Part shown: positions 52,746 through 64,000 of the stretch, one piece after another
Position numbering within the stretch: the stretch's first letter is position 1
How the letters are laid out: every line of letters starts with the position of its first letter
NCBI GenBank assembly: GCA_963753975.1
Contig: CAVWEH010000002.1
Span: forward strand, 32,001-96,000
Reading direction: 5' to 3'
Source of the DNA: an uncultured delta proteobacterium
GTDB taxonomy: Bacteria > Desulfobacterota > Syntrophia > Syntrophales > Smithellaceae
DNA length: 64,000 nucleotides
The notes under the pieces: generated by a model
What the model saw: only the letters and a program-made list of their open reading frames with translations
Databases searched by the model: none
What the model was told of the DNA's origin: nothing
Translations under genes and position numbers: made by a program

Positions 52746-53789
52746 TTGATCATTAGAATTATATTGATCTTGGCATGTTCTATAAGCGGTTCTGCTATCG
52801 CTTATTATTCCGCAGCGCCAACTTCATATTTATTACTGGAATCAATTGGCGGCTTCATTATTGGATTATTAATTGCTTTATTGGTCATAAAAGTTGAACA
52901 AGATATTCGTAAATTATCTTTAAAAATAATTATCGGCGGCGTCATAGGCATGGTTATCGGCCTTTTGATCGCTTTGATATTAGGCTTTGGTTTAAATCTG
53001 GTCAGTCAAATCAGCGAAAATCCGCAAATCGTGCCATGGGTGTATCTGCTGCTAACGGGAATATTGGGTTATCTCGGCCTTGTTTTGGGATCGAAAAAAG
53101 TTGAAGAATTTCATTTTCAAGGTACCGGTTCCAAAGTTAGTAGTGAATTCCGTATTCTGGATACGAGTGTAATCATTGACGGAAGAATTGCGGATATTTG
53201 TGACAGCGGATTTATTGAGGGCGAATTGATTGTTCCGCGTTTTGTGTTGAATGAATTGCAGTTTGTTGCCGATTCTTCGGATTCCATGAAGCGATCGCGG
53301 GGAAGACGCGGACTAGATGTCCTGAACCACATGCAAAAAAGCACAAACATCAACATTGAAATAGTTGAGCAGGATTTTCCGAAAATTAAAGGAGTAGACG
53401 GGAAACTTGTGGCTCTGGCCAAGAAAATCGATGCAAAACTGCTGACCAACGATTATAATTTGAACAAGGTAGCTGAATTGCAGGGTGTTCGGGTGTTGAA
53501 TATTAATGAGTTGGCCAACGCCATGAAACCGGTAGTACTGCCGGGTGAGCACATGAGTGTCAAAATAATTCGCGAAGGTAAAGAATTGGGGCAGGGTGTA
53601 GGTTATCTGGATGATGGAACAATGATTATCGTGGATAACGCGCAAAAGCTGCTTAACATGAATGTGGATGTCGTCGTGACCAGTGTTTTACAAACAACCG
53701 CCGGCCGTATGATTTTTTCCGAATTAAAAGAAACGGCGGATAAGAAAAATCAACAAAACTTAAAAGTTCCTTCAGAGGCGGCAAACTGA
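52746..53789 (+). CDS. PIN/TRAM domain membrane protein (YacL-like)
   Basis: TM helices, DTSVIIDGR, TNDYNLNKVA, GVGYLDDGTM, QTTAGRMIF. Confidence 0.92.
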   Translation: MIIRIILILACSISGSAIAYYSAAPTSYLLLESIGGFIIGLLIALLVIKVEQDIRKLSLKIIIGGVIGMVIGLLIALILGFGLNLVSQISENPQIVPWVYLLLTGILGYLGLVLGSKKVEEFHFQGTGSKVSSEFRILDTSVIIDGRIADICDSGFIEGELIVPRFVLNELQFVADSSDSMKRSRGRRGLDVLNHMQKSTNINIEIVEQDFPKIKGVDGKLVALAKKIDAKLLTNDYNLNKVAELQGVRVLNINELANAMKPVVLPGEHMSVKIIREGKELGQGVGYLDDGTMIIVDNAQKLLNMNVDVVVTSVLQTTAGRMIFSELKETADKKNQQNLKVPSEAAN

Positions 53790-53827
53790 GGTTTCTTTAA
53801 TGCTTAACGTAAATATCATTTGAAAAA

Positions 53828-53862
53828 TGAGCCCGGGAAAGTCAGATTCCGGGCTTATTTTT
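53828..53862 (+). terminator. Intrinsic terminator
   Basis: tgagcccggga...ttccgggctta followed by ttttt. Confidence 0.65.
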
Positions 53863-53879
53863 ATAATGAAATATTCCAT

Positions 53880-54056
53880 TTTTAAATCAAAGATGATATC
53901 AAGACGGTAGTGAAACTCATATCCTAAGAACGCAGTGATTTAGGATTTGCTAATTGAACTATCCAGCTTAAACTGTGGCAAGGAAGAGGCGACACAGACG
54001 CATAGTATCATACGTCGAGGAACCGATAACGGTGACAACAAAGATAGCACTGTGAT
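53880..54056 (+). repeat. Family R2 repeat interrupted by a reverse-oriented R1 unit (53908-~53976)
   Basis: Left half gatgatatcaagacgg and right half ggcaaggaagaggcgac...tacgtcgagg...gatagc match 12638-12752. The intervening sequence is R1. Confidence 0.82.
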
Positions 54057-54160
54057 CGGTGGCGCATTCCCGTCAGGGGAACGCATAATAAAATAAGACT
54101 TACCTTGCCGAGAATTTTTGCCTACATGGCGAAAAATTCCTTTAGAATTGGAATTAATTC

Positions 54161-56776
<2,616 letters not shown>

Positions 56777-56793
56777 ATATTTTTAAAGAAAGA

Positions 56794-56843
56794 CCGTCAT
56801 TTCCGCCCCGCATGCGTCAGGTCAAACTTTGGCGGGAATTATG
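56794..56843. repeat. REP-like palindrome (R4) between convergent genes
   Basis: ccgtcatttccgcc...ggcgggaattatgg imperfect stem resembling GTCATTCCCGC..GCGGGAAT-type repeats; single copy. Confidence 0.45.
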
Positions 56844-56901
56844 GAAGTCGACAGCAATTTGTCTGAAAAGCAGTTTATAATTTGGTGATGTCTCTAGGCA
56901 A

Positions 56902-58002
56902 TCATTTGGGCATCCAACCCAGTCCTTTGGCGTGCAGGCTCTGGATGTAGAGACGGTCAGCGGTCTCCGTCACTCCTGTAGTTTCCGGGTAAGCGCCGCT
57001 GGGGTCCTGTAAATCATCGACAACCTTGCCGTCTTCCGTGAAAGCAAATACATGGCCGTAAGCTTTGGGCACCGGCCACATCGCTCGCGGCAGGCGCAGG
57101 ATCAGCTTGCGCAGGAGGGGTTTGGTCATCATCTTATCGGCGGCGGGATTGCGTGGTTTTACTAAGCCCACCCAGATTTTACCGTTTAGTCCTCGCATCA
57201 GATTGTCGGGATAACCGGGCAGGTTGTCAAAAAGCACTTTGGTAAGTTTGCTCGGATTCGAAATATCCAGATCTCTCGCGTTTACAGAAATCTTCCACAC
57301 CCTGTATTTTCCCGTTTCATTAACGAAAAGCGTTTTTTCATCCTGGCTTAGGGCCACGCCGTTGGCAAAACTAAAGCCTTTGGCGACGACACGGGTAATT
57401 TTCTTTGTCGGGTCGTATTCCAGAATACGGCCGGTTGATGACTGTTCCATAATATCCAGCACGCTGGCTTCGAATGTTCCGCCCCAATCTTTGGGCGCGA
57501 AACGGGTGGATGCGTCACTGAAATATATTTTGCCGGATTTAGCCACGACCACAGCGTCGGCATAGCGGATAGGATTTCTGTAAACTTTATCGGTCAGAAC
57601 AGTGATCTTTCTTCCGGGACTGATTGAGAGCAGTCCTTTGTTGACATCGGCGGCGATCAGGTTTCCGGATGTGTCAAAATCAAAACCAAGCACTCGTCCG
57701 CCGGTATTTACAAATACCTCTTGCTTGCTGCCATCCGGATTCATGCGCAGGATGTTACCACTGGCGACTGTGGTGTAAAGTTTGCCGTCTTTGCCGATGG
57801 CGATGTGCTCCGGTCCTTCTTCCTTGCCCAGAGAAATCATTTTAAGATTGGCGAGCTTGGTGTTGACTGCGTAAGGACCTACATAGCCTGGCGGCATGGG
57901 CGCATCCCAGCTGATAGGTTTAATCGGCACCGGCCACAAAAGTAAATAAGCGGCGGCCAGCAAAAACAAAGGGGTTATAATAGTCACAACAATTTTCTTC
58001 AT
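56902..58002 (-). CDS. SMP-30/gluconolactonase/strictosidine synthase family beta-propeller protein
   Basis: GPE, GGRVLG, YFSDAS, FANGV, LPGYPDN; N-terminal anchor. Confidence 0.88.
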   Translation of the reverse strand: MKKIVVTIITPLFLLAAAYLLLWPVPIKPISWDAPMPPGYVGPYAVNTKLANLKMISLGKEEGPEHIAIGKDGKLYTTVASGNILRMNPDGSKQEVFVNTGGRVLGFDFDTSGNLIAADVNKGLLSISPGRKITVLTDKVYRNPIRYADAVVVAKSGKIYFSDASTRFAPKDWGGTFEASVLDIMEQSSTGRILEYDPTKKITRVVAKGFSFANGVALSQDEKTLFVNETGKYRVWKISVNARDLDISNPSKLTKVLFDNLPGYPDNLMRGLNGKIWVGLVKPRNPAADKMMTKPLLRKLILRLPRAMWPVPKAYGHVFAFTEDGKVVDDLQDPSGAYPETTGVTETADRLYIQSLHAKGLGWMPK

Positions 58003-58051
58003 GATGCCTCTTCAATAATTCATAGGGTATTCAGAAAGTTAGCACGATATC

Positions 58052-59624
58052 CTAAAGTGGGATATTGTTATGTTTCTTGGATACCCTTATTTCTTTTTTA
58101 TCTTTCAGCCCCTCCAGAAGGGCAATGATTTTTTTTCGGGTGTCGCGCGGGACAATTATTTCTTCGATGATGCCCAGCGATGCTGCGAAATACGGATTAT
58201 TGAATTTTTCTTCATAGGCGGCAACAAGTTCCGCCCTTTTGGCCGCGGGGTCCTTGGCGGCGGAAATCTCTGTACGGTAAATGATATTGCAGGCACCTTC
58301 CGCGCCCATGACGGCGATTTCGGCTGTCGGCCAGGCCATGACATAATCCGCCCCCAACTGCTTACTGCACATGCCGAGATACGCTCCGCCGTATGCTTTG
58401 CGAATGATGACCGTTATTTTCGGCACCGTCGCTTCCGAATAAGCGTGAAGAAGTTTGGCACCGTGGCGGATGATGCCCGCCCATTCCTGATTGGTACCCG
58501 GCATGTAACCGGGAACATCGGTAAAAGTTAAAAGGGGAATATTAAAAGCATCGCAGAAGCGAATAAAACGCGAAGCTTTATCGGAAGCGTTTACATCCAG
58601 AACACCGGCTAAAAAACGTGGATTATTGGCGATGACGCCCACCGGCTTCCCCATGATGCGGATAAAAGCGACAATAATATTTTGCGCCCAAAGATCATGC
58701 AGCTCAAATATTTCGTTATTATCGGCAACGGCCTTGATGATTTTTTTCATATCATAAGCCCGATTGCCTTTATCGGGAATGAACGTGTCCAGTTCCGAGC
58801 ACATTCTTTCCGCGCTATCGGTGCAATTTACTACCGGCAGAGGAGAGTGGCAGCTGTCGGGAAGGAAGGAAAGCAGACTTTTTATTTTATGCAAGGCAAT
58901 CTGTGTCATTTTCCGTGACAAAATGGCAGACGCCGCTTTTCGTCGCATGCGCTACTGCTCCGCCCAATTCATCGTGAGTGACTTCTTCACCGATAACCGC
59001 TTTAATGACATCCGGTCCGGTGATGTACATATAGGAACTTTCTTTCACCATAAAGACCCAATCGGTAAGGGCCGGGGAGTAAACAGCGCCGCCGGCTGTT
59101 GGTCCCATGATGGCCGTAATCTGCGGAATGTAGCCGGAGCCGATAGTGTTGCGGTAAAATATTCCGCCGTAACCTTCGAGGGCTGGAACGCCTTCCTGAA
59201 TGCGCGCGCCGCCGGAATCGTTAAGGGCTACGAATGGTTTTTGGGCGGCAATGGCCATATCCATAACTTTCCATATTTTCTTCGCGTGCATTTCGCCGAG
59301 GCTGCCGCCGGAGCTGGTGAAATCCTGAGCCGCCGCAAAAACAACGCGCCCGTTTACTTTGCCAAAGCCGGTAATAACACCGTCGGAAGGGATTTCTTTT
59401 TTATCCAGACCAAAGAGGGTAGAGCGATGCTGAACAAAAAGCTGAACTTCCTGAAAAGTACCTTTATCAAATAATAAATCCAGACGTTCACGAGAGGTGA
59501 GCTTGCCGCCTTCATGTTGCTTTTTTATTTGCTTTTCGCCGCCCATCATTCTTATGGTTTGACTTTTTTTCTCAAACTCTTTAATTTTGCCTTGTGTTGT
59601 CGCTTTTTGTAAATCGTCACTCAT
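58052..59624 (-). CDS. Acyl-CoA carboxylase/methylmalonyl-CoA decarboxylase carboxyltransferase subunit (1-nt frameshift near 58890)
   Basis: DSGGARIQEG, GGAVYSPALTD, RFCDAFNIP, RKAYGGAY, KKHNNIPL. The two ORFs join by removing one base. Confidence 0.9.
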
Positions 59625-59885
59625 AAATTCTCTCCATTTCCTTCAACAATTTTTCTAATTAGACCAGTACGAATTTGGAAGCGGTATCACTATAAGTGTT
59701 CAATGTTAAACAGAAATATTTTTGATTTGGGGCAATACTAGCGTTTTTGAGTGAAACTGGCAAGAAAAAATGATGAAATTTAACGAGAAAATTACTGGGA
59801 AGAAAAAGGGGAAATTAAAACTTCTTCTTTATTTTTTTGCGCAAACCGAATAAATTCCTGAACGGAAAAAGTTTTAGGAAGAACT

Positions 59886-60624
59886 ATGCGCAATTTTAAA
59901 ATGATTGTGGAATATGACGGCACTGCTTATTGCGGCTGGCAAAGGCAGGAAAACGGCTTGACGATTCAACAGGTACTGGAGGAAGCAATTCAGCTTATTA
60001 CGGGCGAAAAAGTGACCGTTATCGGTTCCGGCAGGACGGATGCCGGAGTGCATGCGCTTAAATCAAGTGGCGCACTTCAAGAGCTCTAGCCGCTTACCCG
60101 TCAATAATATATATCGCGGAATTAACAGCGTATTACCGCCGGATATTGTGGTCAAAGAATTGGAAGAAGTTAAGGATGATTTTCACGCCCAGCATGACGT
60201 TAAAAGCAAAGTCTATATGTATAAGATATGCAATCAGCGAATGCGACCGGCACTGGGAAGAAATTTTTTCTGGTTCATTCGTTTTCCGCTGGATTTAGCA
60301 TTGATGAAAAAAGCGTCTCGCTATTTAATCGGCACGCATGATTTTTCCTGCTTTTGCGCCACCGGTACGGATGTTAAAGACCGCGTGCGGACGATTATTG
60401 ATATGGAAATAAGAACGGCCGATGATGGGCTGATCGAAATTAAATTGGAATCTCACGGCTTTTTAAAATATATGGTGAGGAACATCATCGGCACGCTGGT
60501 TGAAGTTGGCCGCGGTAAACGAAAACCTGAAGAAATGAAGGTAATTATTGAATCCAGAAACAGAAAAATTGCCGGAGTTACAGCGCCTGCCTGCGGCCTG
60601 TTTTTGAAGGAGGTCAAATACTAA
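59886..60624 (+). CDS. truA: tRNA pseudouridine(38-40) synthase (1-nt frameshift near 60060)
   Basis: [34 protein letters not shown]. Removing one base in cttaaat restores HALNQVAHF. Confidence 0.93.
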
Positions 60625-60626
60625 AA

Positions 60627-61478
60627 ATGAGAATATTGCTGTTGGGTCATAAAGGAATGCTGGGAAGCGACCTTCTTTTAAAACTTAGTTTACAGCATGA
60701 AGTTGTCGGGATGGATAAAGAGGAAATTGATATTGTTTCCGCAGAAGAATGCGTCAAGGCGATTAAAGAGTCAAAACCGGATATTGTCATCAACGCCGCC
60801 GCTTATACCAATGTTGATGGCTGCGAATCGGCCAAAGAAGAATGTTTTGCGATTAATGCCGAAGCCGTAAAAAATATTGCCGAGGCCTGCCGCAATAAAA
60901 ATATCCGCATCATCCATTTCAGCACGGACTATGTTTTTGACGGCACAGCCGGGAAGCCCTACAAAGAAGACGATAAATGCAATCCCATCAATGTCTATGG
61001 AGAATCCAAGTTGGCGGGAGAAAGTTATCTGCAATCTCTGGCGGATGATTACATTCTGATTCGCACTTCCTGGTTATACGGAGTGAAGGGCAAAAACTTT
61101 GTGCAGGCGATCTTGGAAAAAGCAAAAACAACACCGACACTTTCGGTTGTCGATGATCAGACAGGCTCTCCTACCTACACGAAAGATTTGGCGGCGGCGG
61201 TAGATTTACTGATTTCCCAAAACGTTAAAGGAATTTTTCATATAACCAACAGGGGCAGTTGCAGTTGGTATCAGTTTGCCGTGAAGATTTTGCAGGAATC
61301 CGGTTTAGATGATGTTAAGGTTATACCTATTAAATTCGATAAACTCCAAAGACCGGCTCTGCGTCCAGCGTATAGCGTTTTGAGCATGCAAAAATTTATT
61401 ACGACTACGGGAAAAACAATGCAGCCCTGGCAGTTGGCTTTACAAGATTATCTGAAAAGTATTAAGCAGTTGAATTAA
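60627..61478 (+). CDS. rfbD: dTDP-4-dehydrorhamnose reductase
   Basis: G..GMLG, NAAAYTNVD, STDYVFDG, YGESK, DQ.GSPT, RPAYS. Confidence 0.95.
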   Translation: MRILLLGHKGMLGSDLLLKLSLQHEVVGMDKEEIDIVSAEECVKAIKESKPDIVINAAAYTNVDGCESAKEECFAINAEAVKNIAEACRNKNIRIIHFSTDYVFDGTAGKPYKEDDKCNPINVYGESKLAGESYLQSLADDYILIRTSWLYGVKGKNFVQAILEKAKTTPTLSVVDDQTGSPTYTKDLAAAVDLLISQNVKGIFHITNRGSCSWYQFAVKILQESGLDDVKVIPIKFDKLQRPALRPAYSVLSMQKFITTTGKTMQPWQLALQDYLKSIKQLN

Positions 61479-61581
61479 TTAGCCTTGACACCGAAGTCCG
61501 ATTTAATTAAGTCAATCATCAACTTGACTTCTCAATTTAATCAGCAATACGGCGGAAATGCAGAGTTTTTCCACGATTTAA

Positions 61582-61708
61582 ATTGATGCCCGCCACAACT
61601 GGTGGGGCTCTGACTCCGCCGGATCAAAATGCTATCTGGGACGAGAACATTAATATCAAACACTGGCTGGAAAAGGAAGAAAACAAAGCTTTCCGGGAAA
61701 AGAAATGA
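61582..61708 (+). pseudogene. 3' remnant of a probable beta-helix repeat protein gene
   Basis: IDARHNWWGSD, then after a frameshift PPDQNAIWDENINIKHWLEKEENKAFREKK*; no upstream gene body. Confidence 0.5.
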
Positions 61709-61795
61709 TAAGGCGGCTGATTTAACATGGCTATGACCCGTGGCAATGGCATTCGATAATTTGTACAGCGACGAGCAGACATTAGGTTTCTTCAA

Positions 61796-64000
61796 ATGTC
61801 AAATTTACTTGAAATCACTGGCAATGACATAGCTCAGCTTGACGATACTGACCTTCGCGCATTAATCGGTTTGCTGTGTGAGGCAGATTATCGTTCAGCA
61901 GGTCTTCCTACTAAAGGAGTAATGTGGGGTGGTCATCAAGATGCTAGTGATGGTGGTTTAGATGTGGTTATTCGTAGCGAAACACCGCCGCCAACCAATA
62001 GCTTTATTCCTAGGAGCATAACAGGCTTTCAAGTAAAGAAGCCTGATATGTCCAGAGCAAAGATACTCAAGGAAATGAAGCCCAATGATATTTTACGGCA
62101 GGAAATCAAAGCTCTTATTGAAAAAAGTGGGGCATATATCATTGTCAGTTCAAAAGCATCTACAACCGACACGACCTTTAAAAATCGCACTGATGCCATG
62201 AAAGAGGCTATCGCAAATGAAAGTAATAACCAAAATCTTCACGTGGAATTCTTGGATTGTGGACGTGTGGCAACATGGGTACGCACACACCCTTCACTGA
62301 TCTTATGGGTCCGCAATAGGATTGGGCGTCAGTTGAGCGGTTGGCGTCCTTATGAAAATTGGGCAAAGACTCCCAATGGTATTGATGATGAGTATCTTTT
62401 GGATAAAGGATTAAGACTTCATGATGGGACTAAACCTACTACTGATAATGGACTTTCTGTTGAAGATGGCTTGCAAAGGCTCAGAAATATCCTTTCTATA
62501 CCCCGAACATCTATTCGTTTAATTGGCTTATCGGGTGTTGGAAAAACACGCCTGATTCAGGCTCTATTTGATGAAAGAATAGGCAAGCACCCTCTCTATC
62601 GTAATCAGGCATTCTATACGGACATGTCCGATAATCCTGATCCTGATCCTGGATTCTTTGCGAATAACCTTATTGCTGAAAAAACAAGGGCGATATTAAT
62701 TATTGATAACTGTCCTTCTGATTTGCATCATCGTCTAACAAGCGCCTGTTCTGCCACACATAGTAATGTTAGTTTGCTGACAGTTGAATATGACGTTCGT
62801 GATGACCTTCCAGAGGAAACAAGTGTATTCAGGTTGGAGCCAGCCAGTGAAGAGATCATTGAACGACTGATAAGAAAGCGCTTTTCGCATATCAGCCAAG
62901 TTGATGCCCAGACAATTGCAAAAGTTTCGGGGGGTAATGCACGTTTAGCAATTGCACTTGCCAATACGATGCAACAAGGTGAAAGCTTGTCGGGTTTTCG
63001 TAATGAAGAATTATTCGAAAGACTTTTCTGGCAGCGACATGCATTAAATGAAAACCTGCTTATTTCTGCAGAAGCATGTTCTCTTGTTTATTCATTTGAA
63101 GGCACGGATGTGGATTCAGAAAATTCTGAGCTTCGCTTATTAGCGTCCATTATTGGAAAGTCGGGTGCCGATCTTTATAGAGACGTTAAAAAGATTAAAG
63201 ACAGAGATCTGCTACAAGCGCGTGGTGTATGGCGAGCCCTGCTTCCACAAGCACTTGCCAATCGGCTTGCCAAACAGGCTCTTGAATCCATACCAAAAAA
63301 CACAATTGTTGATACTTTTTTATATAGTAAATCAGAACGTATAATAAAGTCATTTACCAGACGTCTTAATTTCCTTCATGATTGCGATCCAGCCATACAA
63401 ATAGTCAATGAGTGGCTGGCGCATGATGGTTGGCTTGGAAAAGAGAATTGTAACTTTAGTGCCTTTGGAATGGAGATATTCAGAAACATTGCTCCAGTTT
63501 CTCCAGAAAAAGCATTAGAAGCGATTGAACGAGCCGCAAATGGTGATAATGGTCAGCAATTTACTACGAGAGAAAACACCCACTATTATAGATTTGTAAA
63601 TCTATTGAGGCATCTGGCATACGATCCTGAGTTATTTAACAGAAGCATACAACTTATGTGCCGTTACGCACTTTCGGAAAAGCCTGATGAAAAGAATAAC
63701 TCTACACGTGATGCCGTTAAGTCTCTTTTTTATATTCAACTGTCAGGTACTCATGCCTCGGTTGAAGCAAGGGCAAAAGTCATTCAGGACTTACTAGATT
63801 CCGCCGATCAGGATAAGCAGGACTTAGGACTTACTCTTCTAGATGCAACATTAGAAACGTGGCGCTTTAGCTCATTTCATGAGTTTGATTTTGGAGTGCG
63901 ACCAAGAGATTTTGGGTATCAGCCAAAAACCAGCAAGGAAATTAGCCAGTGGTATGAAACATTTATAAATATCTGTACGAGCGTTGCCCTTTCGGGTCAA
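61796..64000 (+). CDS. PD-(D/E)xK-like nuclease + STAND P-loop NTPase + helical domain, putative antiphage sensor-effector (runs off right edge)
   Basis: Manually translated 735 codons with no stop: DGGLD...FQVK nuclease-like motif, Walker A GLSGVGKT (62525), Walker B ILIIDNC, SGGNA (GxP-like), then helical sequence. Confidence 0.78.
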   Translation, partial: MSNLLEITGNDIAQLDDTDLRALIGLLCEADYRSAGLPTKGVMWGGHQDASDGGLDVVIRSETPPPTNSFIPRSITGFQVKKPDMSRAKILKEMKPNDILRQEIKALIEKSGAYIIVSSKASTTDTTFKNRTDAMKEAIANESNNQNLHVEFLDCGRVATWVRTHPSLILWVRNRIGRQLSGWRPYENWAKTPNGIDDEYLLDKGLRLHDGTKPTTDNGLSVEDGLQRLRNILSIPRTSIRLIGLSGVGKTRLIQALFDERIGKHPLYRNQAFYTDMSDNPDPDPGFFANNLIAEKTRAILIIDNCPSDLHHRLTSACSATHSNVSLLTVEYDVRDDLPEETSVFRLEPASEEIIERLIRKRFSHISQVDAQTIAKVSGGNARLAIALANTMQQGESLSGFRNEELFERLFWQRHALNENLLISAEACSLVYSFEGTDVDSENSELRLLASIIGKSGADLYRDVKKIKDRDLLQARGVWRALLPQALANRLAKQALESIPKNTIVDTFLYSKSERIIKSFTRRLNFLHDCDPAIQIVNEWLAHDGWLGKENCNFSAFGMEIFRNIAPVSPEKALEAIERAANGDNGQQFTTRENTHYYRFVNLLRHLAYDPELFNRSIQLMCRYALSEKPDEKNNSTRDAVKSLFYIQLSGTHASVEARAKVIQDLLDSADQDKQDLGLTLLDATLETWRFSSFHEFDFGVRPRDFGYQPKTSKEISQWYETFINICTSVALSGQ

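Noticed and set aside
58764..59474. 236-aa plus-strand ORF and the many other short antisense or overlapping ORFs in the track
   Set aside because: They shadow well-supported genes on the opposite strand or in another frame and show no recognisable motifs.
61586..61625. tggtggggctctgactccgccgg as a tRNA/tmRNA 3' end or att site
   Set aside because: Lacks TTCGA and CCA; better explained as coding remnant HNWWGSD.

Overview
Bacterial chromosomal window, mostly housekeeping. Gene order and content (mtaB-rnc-radical SAM-era-der; carD-PIN/TRAM-ispDF-gltX; short anaerobe-type thiC; acyl-CoA carboxylase beta; PAS hybrid kinases) suggest an anaerobic Desulfobacterota member, probably Syntrophales/Smithella-like. 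That taxonomy is inference only. I found no rRNA, tRNA, CRISPR array or intact transposase. Six genes, including der and gltX, each carry one extra base, most simply explained as consensus sequencing error. Features missing from the ORF track: partial priA at the left edge, 55-aa and 39-aa small ORFs, and a >735-aa nuclease-STAND NTPase (Avs/NLR-like antiphage candidate) running off the right edge. Best candidates for new biology: (1) a PilZ/GNAT-like protein translationally coupled to a V4R-like/GAF/PAS hybrid kinase, with a convergent SAM methyltransferase (possible signal synthase plus receptor); (2) the nuclease-STAND gene; (3) a TPP riboswitch with a dispersed repeat inserted in P3; (4) structured intergenic repeat families, one copy nested inside another; (5) a diverged 185-bp tandem duplication breaking queE.
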